DNA of 64,000 nt from Candidatus Latescibacterota bacterium (GTDB lineage Bacteria > Latescibacterota > UBA2968 > SICM01), in the NCBI GenBank assembly GCA_965217865.1, contig CBDCJO010000002.1, positions 3,776,001 through 3,840,000 of the forward strand, in the 5' to 3' direction. This document shows positions 19,419 to 28,911 of this stretch, one piece after another. Each line of letters opens with the position of its first letter. Positions within the stretch are counted from its first letter, which is position 1. The translations under genes were made by a program, and so were the position numbers. The notes below the pieces were generated by a model. It was not told the origin of the DNA. It made no database searches and was given only the letters and a program-made list of their open reading frames with translations.

Positions 19419-20051
19419 CTAGGGAAAAAGTGGAGTTATACCAAGATGAAGAGCCAAACTCTCCCTTGTCTTAATCAGACGCACGCTTTCGAAACCCGCA
19501 TCGGAAAGTGCTCTTCCTTGTTCTTCAGCAGTAAGGTAAAGATCCTTCTTCTGATCGGGCATCAGTTCGGGTGTGTGATCACAAAGCAAGACTATCCCGC
19601 CCGGTCTTACAATTGATCTAAGTAAGGCCACCACAGAGGGGATTCGAGTCTTATGTCTGACTTCATGAATGGCCTGCATGGACACCACGGCATCATGCAG
19701 TCCGATGCCATCTGTCCAATCTGGTTTCGAGATGTCTCGGATTAGGAATTGAAGCTGATTTTCATGTTCTAGAAGTCGCTCTCTCGATATGAAGTGCATC
19801 GCTTCCGAGATGTCTATGAGTGTGTAGGATTCTGGCCTGCAAGTTCGGATTATTTCATCGGCGAGAAAACCTGGTCCGGACCCAACTTCGACAATCCGAG
19901 CTCCCTCTCCGACCTCGACGAGGATTCTGGAAGCGAACTCAAGCCAGAACTCAGAGCGCCAAGGCCGTTTCCGGTTTGCATCTTCAGCCCAACGGCGTGC
20001 CTGCTCAAGATCTTGAAAGTCGATTGAACTTGGAATTGAGTATGTAGTCAC
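19419..20051 (-). CDS. Class I SAM-dependent methyltransferase (cassette gene)
   Basis: VEVGSGPG, IDIS, DAVVSMQAIHE, RPGG motifs. Confidence 0.85.
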   Translation of the reverse strand: MTTYSIPSSIDFQDLEQARRWAEDANRKRPWRSEFWLEFASRILVEVGEGARIVEVGSGPGFLADEIIRTCRPESYTLIDISEAMHFISRERLLEHENQLQFLIRDISKPDWTDGIGLHDAVVSMQAIHEVRHKTRIPSVVALLRSIVRPGGIVLLCDHTPELMPDQKKDLYLTAEEQGRALSDAGFESVRLIKTRESLALHLGITPLFP

Positions 20052-20098
20052 ACGCTATATCCAACTCGATCGAAGGTTTTTCCCCTGGGGGCATATTG

Positions 20099-20176
20099 CA
20101 TAACGGTCTTGAGCCCGCGAAACCGCCCGGTTTCCCAGGCGAGCCGTGGGCACGGTGTCGCTTACGGCCGTTAAAC
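20099..20176 (-). repeat. attC site
   Basis: GTTTAAC...GACCGTTATGC, with weaker internal complementarity than the other sites. Confidence 0.6.
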
Positions 20177-20308
20177 ACGAAGCATTCTTCCGCTTGTGTA
20201 GCGCGCAGTCTAAGTATTGACAAATTCTGATTTACCAATTTGATCAAAATCGATATCCGACAATTCCCGGACATCTTCATACAGAATTACCATTCGGGAT
20301 ATCCCCCT

Positions 20309-22061
20309 TAAAGGCTTGGCGCAACAAAAAGCTCCTATCGGCAATATCTCAGAAGCTCGCGAGCCGCAGGCTTGTAATATTTGTTGACGATCTTGATAGA
20401 ACCCGCCCCGATTTAGTCCCTGACTTGCTTCTCAACTTGCGAGAAGCCCTAGATTTGCCCAACCTCTACTATGTTATTGCTCTTTCTCCAGAGGTCGTAG
20501 AAGAAGGTCTTAAGAGGGTTCATCCTGGTTGGGATGAACCCATCAAATTCCTCGAAAAAATCATCGAGTACCCAGCCTATTTACCTTCCCCAAGCCAGGA
20601 TGATATTCAAAGGTTTGTCAGACATCACGCAGAGTCCGTTTCCGATCACCTCGATTTACAAGCGATTGACGATATCATTGGGTTTCTTCCCCGTAACCCC
20701 AGGAAAGACAAGCTCTTTCTTAGATTCCTCGCCAGCTTAAGCGGACAATTTAAGCGCTTTAGCAATGATGAAATTTCTTTTAGAAAACTGTACTTGTGCC
20801 AATTGCTCCGTTTAGAATTTCCTAATGAGACTCGAGGAATAAGTGGTAATACTGAAGCTCTTGAAAACCTTCAAAACTTTTGTTTAAGACGTACATTCTC
20901 CAGTGATCGTAAGGAGAAAGAGGAAGGTCTTCCAATAAATCCTGAGTTCTTGCCAGAAGAAACTGAAAGCCAGCATCGATTCATAGAAATCTGCACGGCT
21001 ATCGGTGAATTCTCGTTCTGGCATTCAGAATATACACTGCCTGAAATGTTCAATATAGTTGAACGTCCACCTTTGTTGACTTGGAGAGAGTTTCTAAACT
21101 TCTTTGATCAGGTTAAACAGGCCGAATCAGACAAAAGGGCTGGGATAATAGAGGATCGACTAAAGAATGTCGAATCTAGGAAGTATATGTTGACAAATGC
21201 CTTATTCTCAAAGACTATTAAATTACGAGATAATATCCATAACAAAGCTCTTGATTCAGATACAGAAAATGAAATTATCGAAGCGTTAGAGGGTGTTAAG
21301 GAAGTAGATGAATTCCTTCGAATCCTAGTTGAGGATCTAGCAGTTCTGAAAAAGGGGATGATTTCAGCGGATACCTGGACCGAGTTATACAACCACCTAT
21401 ATGACGCATCAAGATTTTCAGAACCTAAGGAAACATACCAATGGCTTCGGAACTGCGAATTCAGTGTGCTCAGGAACTCAATAGAGGGAATATCTTCAGA
21501 GCTCAAGGAGGAGATTCTCAACACGAGGTTCAAGGTAGATAAGCCCACACCAGCCTTGCGTTGCTCCGAAGAATTCCAGCAAATGACAAGAGAGATAATC
21601 GCGGATTTCAGCCAAGTTATCTCTGAGGCTATAATTGAAAGATTCAGCCAACCGGACGGGCTTGAGTCTTTTGGGGTCAAAAAGGTTCGGCAATTAGGAA
21701 AGATTTCGCATTCTCTCCAGATTCTCATTTCCATAGGTCTGAGAATAGAAACCGTCTCTATGAAGTTGCCGGACAAGCACATACGAATGATGTGATTCAG
21801 AAAAACTTCCTTACTTATCTTCGAATGCTGATCCTTGGTGCGACTGAAGGAGGAACATCCTTTCCAATTGGTGCCTGCCAGCGATTGATCAGAGACAAGG
21901 AATTTGTCCGTGCTATTTGGACCTCTGCACTCTCACAACCTCTGAATCTTCGTATAATGGGTTCTCTGCGCCAAAATAGACACGGATACTCAACCGAGGA
22001 CCTACCTGTTCCGGATTGGTGGCATGAATTGGAGAGGGACGTTTTTTCTCAAACTGATTAA
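20309..22061 (+). pseudogene. KAP-family P-loop NTPase, C-terminal part (displaced and inverted; one homopolymer frameshift near 21670)
   Basis: Reads KAWRNKKLL...LVIFVDDLDRTRPD (KAP Walker B), FLEKIIEYP and NPRK. Lacks Walker A, which lies at 24191-24614 on the other strand. Confidence 0.85.
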
Positions 22062-22135
22062 CCCAATGTGAGCCCTTATTCAGAGCTGCCTTACCCGTGG
22101 CAAAGCCGCACCCAACACCCGGGGCAGGCACTTCA

Positions 22136-22220
22136 TATAACACGGCGTGTGCGAGCTTCGGGGCATACGCTCCTTCTCCAAACCTGCGTATGCAGGTTCG
22201 CACACGCCTGACCGTTACAC
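22136..22220 (+). repeat. attC site in + orientation (belongs to the inverted KAP cassette)
   Basis: ATATAAC...GACCGTTACAC with arms GGCGTGTGCGA/TCGCACACGCC. Confidence 0.8.
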
Positions 22221-22293
22221 GCAACACCGGTTAATTTCTGAAAGCCTATGGGTAATATATTAGCAGAATCTTTACCTCTCTTTCCTGCATGCC

Positions 22294-22335
22294 GCATAAC
22301 GTTTTCGTGCTCCTGCACCGAGTAAGCGGTTGGGC
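22294..22335 (-). repeat. Short or degenerate attC-like site (42 bp)
   Basis: GCCCAAC...AAACGTTATGC. Shorter than canonical attC sites, probably internally deleted. Confidence 0.45.
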
Positions 22336-22428
22336 GCAGGCCCGAATGCGCCGTAGCCAAGGGCACGGTGTTATGGGATGTGCCCGATCTGGTTTGGTAA
22401 TCGTGCCACCTCACCCACCAGACAGGCT

Positions 22429-22658
22429 CTAATCGGACTCAAGAAATGGACAGTGATATGGAATGGTGAGAAAGTCAGCCAATTCCATCTCATTTAGATC
22501 GACAGGATCACCCTTGTCCAAACGTTTCGTGATCTGAGATCCACTGATATTGAACGCGTCCACAAACTTCGGCGTCGTACCGTCGAACAGGACGTTTTCC
22601 GGATTCCAATCTATGCCGGAGAAGTAGGGAAGATTTTCAGCCTGCTGCAGACCTTCCC
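22429..22658 (-). pseudogene. 3' fragment of a cassette gene truncated by IS
   Basis: Open frame REGLQQAENLPYFSGIDWNPENVLFDG...FLESD* starting at the IS boundary. Confidence 0.5.
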
Positions 22659-22660
22659 TA

Positions 22661-24188
22661 GCAGCCTGTTGAAAAAGTGCGTTTATGCCAAGATGACTGT
22701 TGTCTTTCCTTGTGGTTTGGTCCTATGATATATCAGGTTCAAACTGAGAAGGGAGGACGAGCAAATGGCAATGGGAAAACGAGGCCGACAGAGACAGGAA
22801 AACCTGTTCATCGCATCGAACACTTTGGTGAAATCTCCGGGTCATCCGTTCTACGAGAAGCTGAATCAGGTATTGGGGGCGAACGGCTTCGACGAGTTCG
22901 TCGAGGGGCTTTGCCAGCGGTATTACGCTCCTCATATGGGTCGCAAGGGCATTCCGCCCGGGGTTTATTTTCGGATGCTTTTGATTGGGTATTTCGAGGG
23001 ACTTGATTCGGAACGTGGGATCGAATGGCGTGTATCTGACTCGCTGACGTTGCGCCGGTTTTTGGGGTATGCCCTTGACGAACAGACCCCGGATCATTCC
23101 AGCCTGTCTCGCATCCGGCATCGGCTTCCCTTGGAAGTTCACGAAGCGGTTTTCAAGTGGATCCTGAGGGTCTTGTGCAAAGCGGGTCTGGTGAAGGGGA
23201 AGACGTTGGGCGTGGATGCTACGACACTGGAGGCCAACGCCGCGATGCGCAGCATTGTACGCCGTGACACGGGTGAAGGCTACCAGGCATTCCTTGAGAA
23301 TCTGGCCAAGGCCTCGGGCATTGAAACGCCTACCCGCGAGGACTTGTCCAAGATCGATAAGAAGCGACCGAAGAAGGGATCGAACCAGGACTGGGAGCAC
23401 CCGCACGACCCGGATGCCAAGATCGCTAAGATGAAGGACGGTCGCACGCACATGGCGCACAAGGTGGAGCACGCGGTGGATCTGGACACCAATGCCATTG
23501 TGGCAGTGGCGTTGTCGGGAGCAGATGAAGGAGATACCGAGTCGTTGCCCTGGACGCTGCTCGAGGCGCAGCTCAATCTCAAGCAGGTCGCGAAGGACGA
23601 AAAAGCTGCCAAACGTTTGCACAGACAGCGTATACGGGAGGTGGTTGCGGACAAAGGATATCATAGCAACGATGTATTGACCAGTCTGAAGCAAGGCGGC
23701 ATCCGGAGTTACATTTCAGAACCGGATCGGGGACGCCGCAAGTGGAACGGCCGACGAGATGAGCAGGCCGCGGTATATGCGAATCGACGCCGGATCAAGG
23801 GAGATCGCGGCAAGGCCTTGCGCCGAAGTCGTGCAGAACGGGTGGAAAGAACCATCGCTCACACATATGATACCGGTGGCATGCGCAGGTTGCACTTGAG
23901 AGACCGCGGCAATATCCTCAAGCGTTTGCTGATCCACATCGGGGGCTGCAACCTGGCTCTGCTCATGCGCAAAGTGATGGGCGTAGGTACTCCGAAGGCC
24001 CTCCAGGACCTGGCCAAGGCCTTGCAGCGTCTACTGCTCGTCCTACAATCACGTTTGCTGCCCTCGGTCACCTTTTTAACCTCTTATCAGCGTCTCCTGC
24101 TCAATCTCCTTACCTTGATTTATCTGACCCGCACTCCAGGCGTCTTTTCCGTCTATGTGCGTTGAAAGGTAGTTCTTCAACGGGCTGC
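22661..24188 (+). mobile_element. IS5/IS1182-like insertion sequence, copy 1 (1,528 bp)
   Basis: TIRs GCAGCCTGTTGAAAAAGT / GCAGCCCGTTGAAGAACT, flanked by TA (CTAG context). Near-identical to copies 2 and 3. Confidence 0.93.
22765..24165 (+). CDS. DDE transposase (DUF772 + DDE_Tnp_1-like)
   Basis: TPDHSSLSRIR, VDATTLEANA, DPDAK, VADKGY, RVER motifs. Confidence 0.93.
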   Translation: MAMGKRGRQRQENLFIASNTLVKSPGHPFYEKLNQVLGANGFDEFVEGLCQRYYAPHMGRKGIPPGVYFRMLLIGYFEGLDSERGIEWRVSDSLTLRRFLGYALDEQTPDHSSLSRIRHRLPLEVHEAVFKWILRVLCKAGLVKGKTLGVDATTLEANAAMRSIVRRDTGEGYQAFLENLAKASGIETPTREDLSKIDKKRPKKGSNQDWEHPHDPDAKIAKMKDGRTHMAHKVEHAVDLDTNAIVAVALSGADEGDTESLPWTLLEAQLNLKQVAKDEKAAKRLHRQRIREVVADKGYHSNDVLTSLKQGGIRSYISEPDRGRRKWNGRRDEQAAVYANRRRIKGDRGKALRRSRAERVERTIAHTYDTGGMRRLHLRDRGNILKRLLIHIGGCNLALLMRKVMGVGTPKALQDLAKALQRLLLVLQSRLLPSVTFLTSYQRLLLNLLTLIYLTRTPGVFSVYVR

Positions 24189-24190
24189 TA

Positions 24191-24614
24191 GGCGCCCTGT
24201 AGCACCTGCCGTTACCTTATCCATTAGTTTCTCTGTTGCCCTCAATTTCCAATCAAGATCCGAAATACTTTTCCATGTATCAGAGACAAGCGTGGTTGCT
24301 GTGTCCCCAAGTCTCGCTAAGAATCTCTTGGAAATATTCAATTCTTCCGCTATAGACTCCAAGAGTTTTTCTAATATCTCTTGTTCAGTTTTTGCGGTCC
24401 AAGGCACAAAAAGCAAGGAGTAGTGTCCTGCTTTTCGCAGATCCTTTTCCATCATTTTGAGAACGGATGTCTTACCTTCCCCCCAATTTCCGTATAGACC
24501 CAACCTGAAGGATGAATTAATTGGGGAATTGATTGTTAAACTTGCTAGACCACTGGCAAATTGAGAGCGGTTAAGATGATCATCAGAAGTAGGTTCATCG
24601 GTAATCAGGTTCAA
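24191..24614 (-). pseudogene. KAP-family P-loop NTPase, N-terminal part truncated by IS
   Basis: DEPTSDDHLNRSQFA and Walker A GLYGNWGEGKTS. The frame runs into the IS end at ...TGRL. Confidence 0.88.
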
Positions 24615-24690
24615 ACATCACCTCTATGCTACTTGTGAAAAAGTGACAACGTCAGGACGGCGCCACCGTGGGGTTTTGGGTTGGTATTTC

Positions 24691-24827
24691 ATATAACGGT
24701 CTGGGTTGCAGAAGTGGCCGTGTCAGACCAAAAGATAAGGGTTTGAAGGATACGGGAAAAGAAAAACCCACGGCCATTTTTAGGGTGGGTGGAAGTTGAG
24801 GGGGGGAACTGCAACCCGGTGTTATAG
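24691..24827 (-). repeat. attC site (137 bp)
   Basis: CTATAAC...GACCGTTATAT with arms GGGTTGCAG/CTGCAACCC. Confidence 0.85.
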
Positions 24828-24862
24828 GAAGTGCCAGGCTGGGGTGGTTGGGCGAGGGCTTG

Positions 24863-25725
24863 CTAGGACGGCAAGCCCGCATCCTTGAAAAAGGCAGCAA
24901 CATCCGATTGCATTTGGGTCGTGAAGCTGTGGCCAGTTTTTTCGTAGAGGTTGAATGTCGCGTTTGCTCCTGACCCCATAAAAGCTTTCCGCACATTCCA
25001 AAATCGTTCAACGAGTTGCTCATTTGATCCAAAGAGACGGTACACGGCATCTCGATCCTGCTCGTCATATCCATCGTCGAAGGCAACAGGGTCATTAGTA
25101 TCATCTGCTCCAAGAGTGAAAAGATGAGGGACGCAATTGTAACTGTCTCTGCAGAAGGGTCTGCCGCTCAAACGGCCTAGATCAGTGTGCCAATTGGGTA
25201 TCGGAGGGGTTCGCCTTTCCACTCCTCTACCGGAACCATGTGTCCTCCGCAGCTTCCAGCCACGACTGCCGTCACTCGTTCGGGATGCAGAATAGCAAAG
25301 CGATTCGCGAATTGCCCAGCAGCAGAGAAGCCGAAGACCATGAATCTATCAGCTTCTGACATTTCAAGTCGTCTCGCATACGCAACCATCGACAGCAACT
25401 GTAGATCCAGCCGTACCAATTGGCTGTCGAAATTGGAGGCTGTGAGCATAGTGGCCCGATTGAGCGAGTGCGTGTAGTGTTGACAATATTTCTGAGCGCT
25501 CCATCTTGGAAAGATCGGCACGAGAACGGTCACGTCGGGCATCAACTCAGAAATAGCACCTATTTGACACCGAGCCTTTTCGACGTGTGGTGCCAAGTCT
25601 TCCGTCCCAATGCCCGTGTTATTCGGGGCGACCAAGAGCTTGCTTGGATCACCTGAGCGAACGAGGAAGGGCCAGAAGAACCCACTCTCTTGATTTGGCT
25701 CAATAAATTGAATGGTGCAAGCCAT
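24863..25725 (-). CDS. Alpha/beta hydrolase (cassette gene), frameshift near 25190
   Basis: Nucleophile-elbow GFSAAGQFANRF, RYPIG, late GADD and GH motifs across two overlapping ORFs. Confidence 0.7.
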
Positions 25726-25744
25726 CTGCTTTTTAGCGGCGCTA

Positions 25745-27272
25745 GCAGCCCGTTGAAGAACTACCTTTCAACGCACATAAACGGAAAAGACGCCTGGAGT
25801 GCGGGTCGGATAAATCAAGGTAAGGAGATTGAGCAGGAGACGCTGATAAGAGGTTAAAAAGGTGACCGAGGGCAGCAAACGTGATTGTAGGACGAGCAGT
25901 AGACGCTGCAAGGCCTTGGCCAGGTCCTGGAGGGCCTTCGGAGTACCTACGCCCATCACTTTGCGCATGAGCAGAGCCAGGTTGCAGCCCCCGATGTGGA
26001 TCAGCAAACGCTTGAGGATATTGCCGCGGTCTCTCAAGTGCAACCTGCGCATGCCACCGGTATCATATGTGTGAGCGATGGTTCTTTCCACCCGTTCTGC
26101 ACGACTTCGGCGCAAGGCCTTGCCGCGATCTCCCTTGATCCGGCGTCGATTCGCATATACCGCGGCCTGCTCATCTCGTCGGCCGTTCCACTTGCGGCGT
26201 CCCCGATCCGGTTCTGAAATGTAACTCCGGATGCCGCCTTGCTTCAGACTGGTCAATACATCGTTGCTATGATATCCTTTGTCCGCAACCACCTCCCGTA
26301 TACGCTGTCTGTGCAAACGTTTGGCAGCTTTTTCGTCCTTCGCGACCTGCTTGAGATTGAGCTGCGCCTCGAGCAGCGTCCAGGGCAACGACTCGGTATC
26401 TCCTTCATCTGCTCCCGACAACGCCACTGCCACAATGGCATTGGTGTCCAGATCCACCGCGTGCTCCACCTTGTGCGCCATGTGCGTGCGACCGTCCTTC
26501 ATCTTAGCGATCTTGGCATCCGGGTCGTGCGGGTGCTCCCAGTCCTGGTTCGATCCCTTCTTCGGTCGCTTCTTATCGATCTTGGACAAGTCCTCGCGGG
26601 TAGGCGTTTCAATGCCCGAGGCCTTGGCCAGATTCTCAAGGAATGCCTGGTAGCCTTCACCCGTGTCACGGCGTACAATGCTGCGCATCGCGGCGTTGGC
26701 CTCCAGTGTCGTAGCATCCACGCCCAACGTCTTCCCCTTCACCAGACCCGCTTTGCACAAGACCCTCAGGATCCACTTGAAAACCGCTTCGTGAACTTCC
26801 AAGGGAAGCCGATGCCGGATGCGAGACAGGCTGGAATGATCCGGGGTCTGTTCGTCAAGGGCATACCCCAAAAACCGGCGCAACGTCAGCGAGTCAGATA
26901 CACGCCATTCGATCCCACGTTCCGAATCAAGTCCCTCGAAATACCCAATCAAAAGCATCCGAAAATAAACCCCGGGCGGAATGCCCTTGCGACCCATATG
27001 AGGAGCGTAATACCGCTGGCAAAGCCCCTCGACGAACTCGTCGAAGCCGTTCGCCCCCAATACCTGATTCAGCTTCTCGTAGAACGGATGACCCGGAGAT
27101 TTCACCAAAGTGTTCGATGCGATGAACAGGTTTTCCTGTCTCTGTCGGCCTCGTTTTCCCATTGCCATTTGCTCGTCCTCCCTTCTCAGTTTGAACCTGA
27201 TATATCATAGGACCAAACCACAAGGAAAGACAACAGTCATCTTGGCATAAACGCACTTTTTCAACAGGCTGC
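25745..27272 (-). mobile_element. IS5/IS1182-like insertion sequence, copy 2 (1,528 bp)
   Basis: Same TIRs, inverted orientation, TA/CTAG at both ends. Confidence 0.93.
25768..27168 (-). CDS. DDE transposase
   Basis: Identical to 22765-24165 except L>P near the C-terminus. Confidence 0.93.
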   Translation of the reverse strand: MAMGKRGRQRQENLFIASNTLVKSPGHPFYEKLNQVLGANGFDEFVEGLCQRYYAPHMGRKGIPPGVYFRMLLIGYFEGLDSERGIEWRVSDSLTLRRFLGYALDEQTPDHSSLSRIRHRLPLEVHEAVFKWILRVLCKAGLVKGKTLGVDATTLEANAAMRSIVRRDTGEGYQAFLENLAKASGIETPTREDLSKIDKKRPKKGSNQDWEHPHDPDAKIAKMKDGRTHMAHKVEHAVDLDTNAIVAVALSGADEGDTESLPWTLLEAQLNLKQVAKDEKAAKRLHRQRIREVVADKGYHSNDVLTSLKQGGIRSYISEPDRGRRKWNGRRDEQAAVYANRRRIKGDRGKALRRSRAERVERTIAHTYDTGGMRRLHLRDRGNILKRLLIHIGGCNLALLMRKVMGVGTPKALQDLAKALQRLLLVLQSRLLPSVTFLTSYQRLLLNLLTLIYPTRTPGVFSVYVR

Positions 27273-27564
27273 TAGGGCGCCGCTACCTCTTTTGGGTTAA
27301 GGCTGGCATTTCCCTATAACTTACGGTATCCACGAACCCATACGAATTCAATCATTCGGCATATCTCCCGCCCTTCGCAGATACCTCCCCACGAAGAAAT
27401 AGCCGATATTTGTTCGTAGATGCCTTGCTATAGGAGAAGTCGTTTTTAGGATGAACTCACCTTTGACAATTACATCATACTATCCAGAGGACTCTGAATC
27501 TTTCAGATAGTCGTGATACTCGCCTTCTTGATAGGTTCTTTATCTCGCTACCGAATCCATACTC

Positions 27565-28911
27565 CTAAAACCTCAGCGCAAATACGGTTTTAAAATTAGT
27601 CTTCGATTGAACGCTGATCGTACCCTTGTGTAGCCTCATAACCTGTCGTGAAAAACTTAAGCCGATGCCGGAGCCTTCCGGCTTGGTCGTAAAGAAAGGG
27701 ATAAAGATCTTTTCCTGTACTTCCTCCAGGATCCCCGGTCCGTTGTCGCTTACCTGAATAAAACATCTTCCTCGATCGTCCATTCTGGAAGTCAATTCAA
27801 CTCGAGGATCAGTTTGGTACTGCACAGCCTCTATGGCGTTTAGGAGAAGATTAATCACAACCTGTTCGATCAACTCGGAATCGGCTGTCAGTTCAAGACT
27901 TTTCGGATCTATATTCATCTGAAAACCGATGCCTTTGTTGTCCATCTCCCCCTGCATGAGCTGGCCGATCCGTTCAAAGAGTTCTACAACGGGTATGATT
28001 TGGAATTCCGGCTTCGGAATTCGCGTAAGTTTGCGATAGGTGTCCACAAAATGGAGCAAGCCCTGGCTTCGTTTCTGAATCGTTTTGACCGCATCACGCA
28101 CGTCGCTAATCGATTCATCAGTCGTTGTTCTTGAGCTTTGACCATCCGATAGCAGGTCTTTTGCCGTCGAAGCGAGGGAGGCAATGGGTGTCACAGAATT
28201 CATGATTTCGTGTGTGAGGACACGAATCAGATTTTGCCAGGCCTCCATCTCCTTTTCCTCTAATTCGCTCTGGATGTTTTGTATCGATATCAGGACTAAA
28301 ATCTGTTCGCGAAGCTTGAACTCGGTCGCATAGATCACCAGCTGCATTATTTCATCGTTATTTTGGACTCTGATGCTTCTCCTTTCACCCGGCTTCATGT
28401 GAAACAAGGTTTCCACCAGAGGCATGCTGAAACGCTCTAAGGATTTTATGTTGGACAAAGGATATGTAACCTTCAACAGGCGGCGGGCAGCCGTGTTCAT
28501 GAGCTCAATTTCCCCATTCCGCTGAAACGAAATTAGCCCGATTCCAACGTGTTGAACCACGGTCTGCAAGTAGCGATAGTGTTCTTCTTTTTCCGCCCGT
28601 GCACGACGAAAGTCGTCGAGCACCCTGTTAAACGAAGATTTCAAAGCATCGAAGGAAGAGCCCAATCCAGCGCCGGTAAATGTTTGCGAAAAGTCGGAAT
28701 GTTGAATGGATTCTAAGAATCGGGCAAGGTCTCGATTGGTCCTGTCAACATAATGAATAAGCGCATAGATCTGGTAGCAGGTGATGACGCCAACCACCAG
28801 AACCGTCGCATAATATGTCGTGTGGATCAGGAGGTAGATAAAGAGATATATCGTCGCTCCGAGTAGCAACACACGAGTTATGCAGTGTAAGCGAAATCGT
28901 TTATAAACCAT
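27565..28911 (-). CDS. Sensor histidine kinase (NtrY/NtrB-like)
   Basis: Two TM helices, PAS-like region, LTHEIMNS H-box, NLLLNAIEA, DNGPG, PFFTTK, GIGL. Confidence 0.92.
   Translation of the reverse strand: MVYKRFRLHCITRVLLLGATIYLFIYLLIHTTYYATVLVVGVITCYQIYALIHYVDRTNRDLARFLESIQHSDFSQTFTGAGLGSSFDALKSSFNRVLDDFRRARAEKEEHYRYLQTVVQHVGIGLISFQRNGEIELMNTAARRLLKVTYPLSNIKSLERFSMPLVETLFHMKPGERRSIRVQNNDEIMQLVIYATEFKLREQILVLISIQNIQSELEEKEMEAWQNLIRVLTHEIMNSVTPIASLASTAKDLLSDGQSSRTTTDESISDVRDAVKTIQKRSQGLLHFVDTYRKLTRIPKPEFQIIPVVELFERIGQLMQGEMDNKGIGFQMNIDPKSLELTADSELIEQVVINLLLNAIEAVQYQTDPRVELTSRMDDRGRCFIQVSDNGPGILEEVQEKIFIPFFTTKPEGSGIGLSFSRQVMRLHKGTISVQSKTNFKTVFALRF

Noticed and set aside
22723-23694. 323-aa antisense ORF present in all three IS copies
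   Set aside because: It is the reverse-strand shadow of the transposase, repeated only because the IS copies are near-identical.
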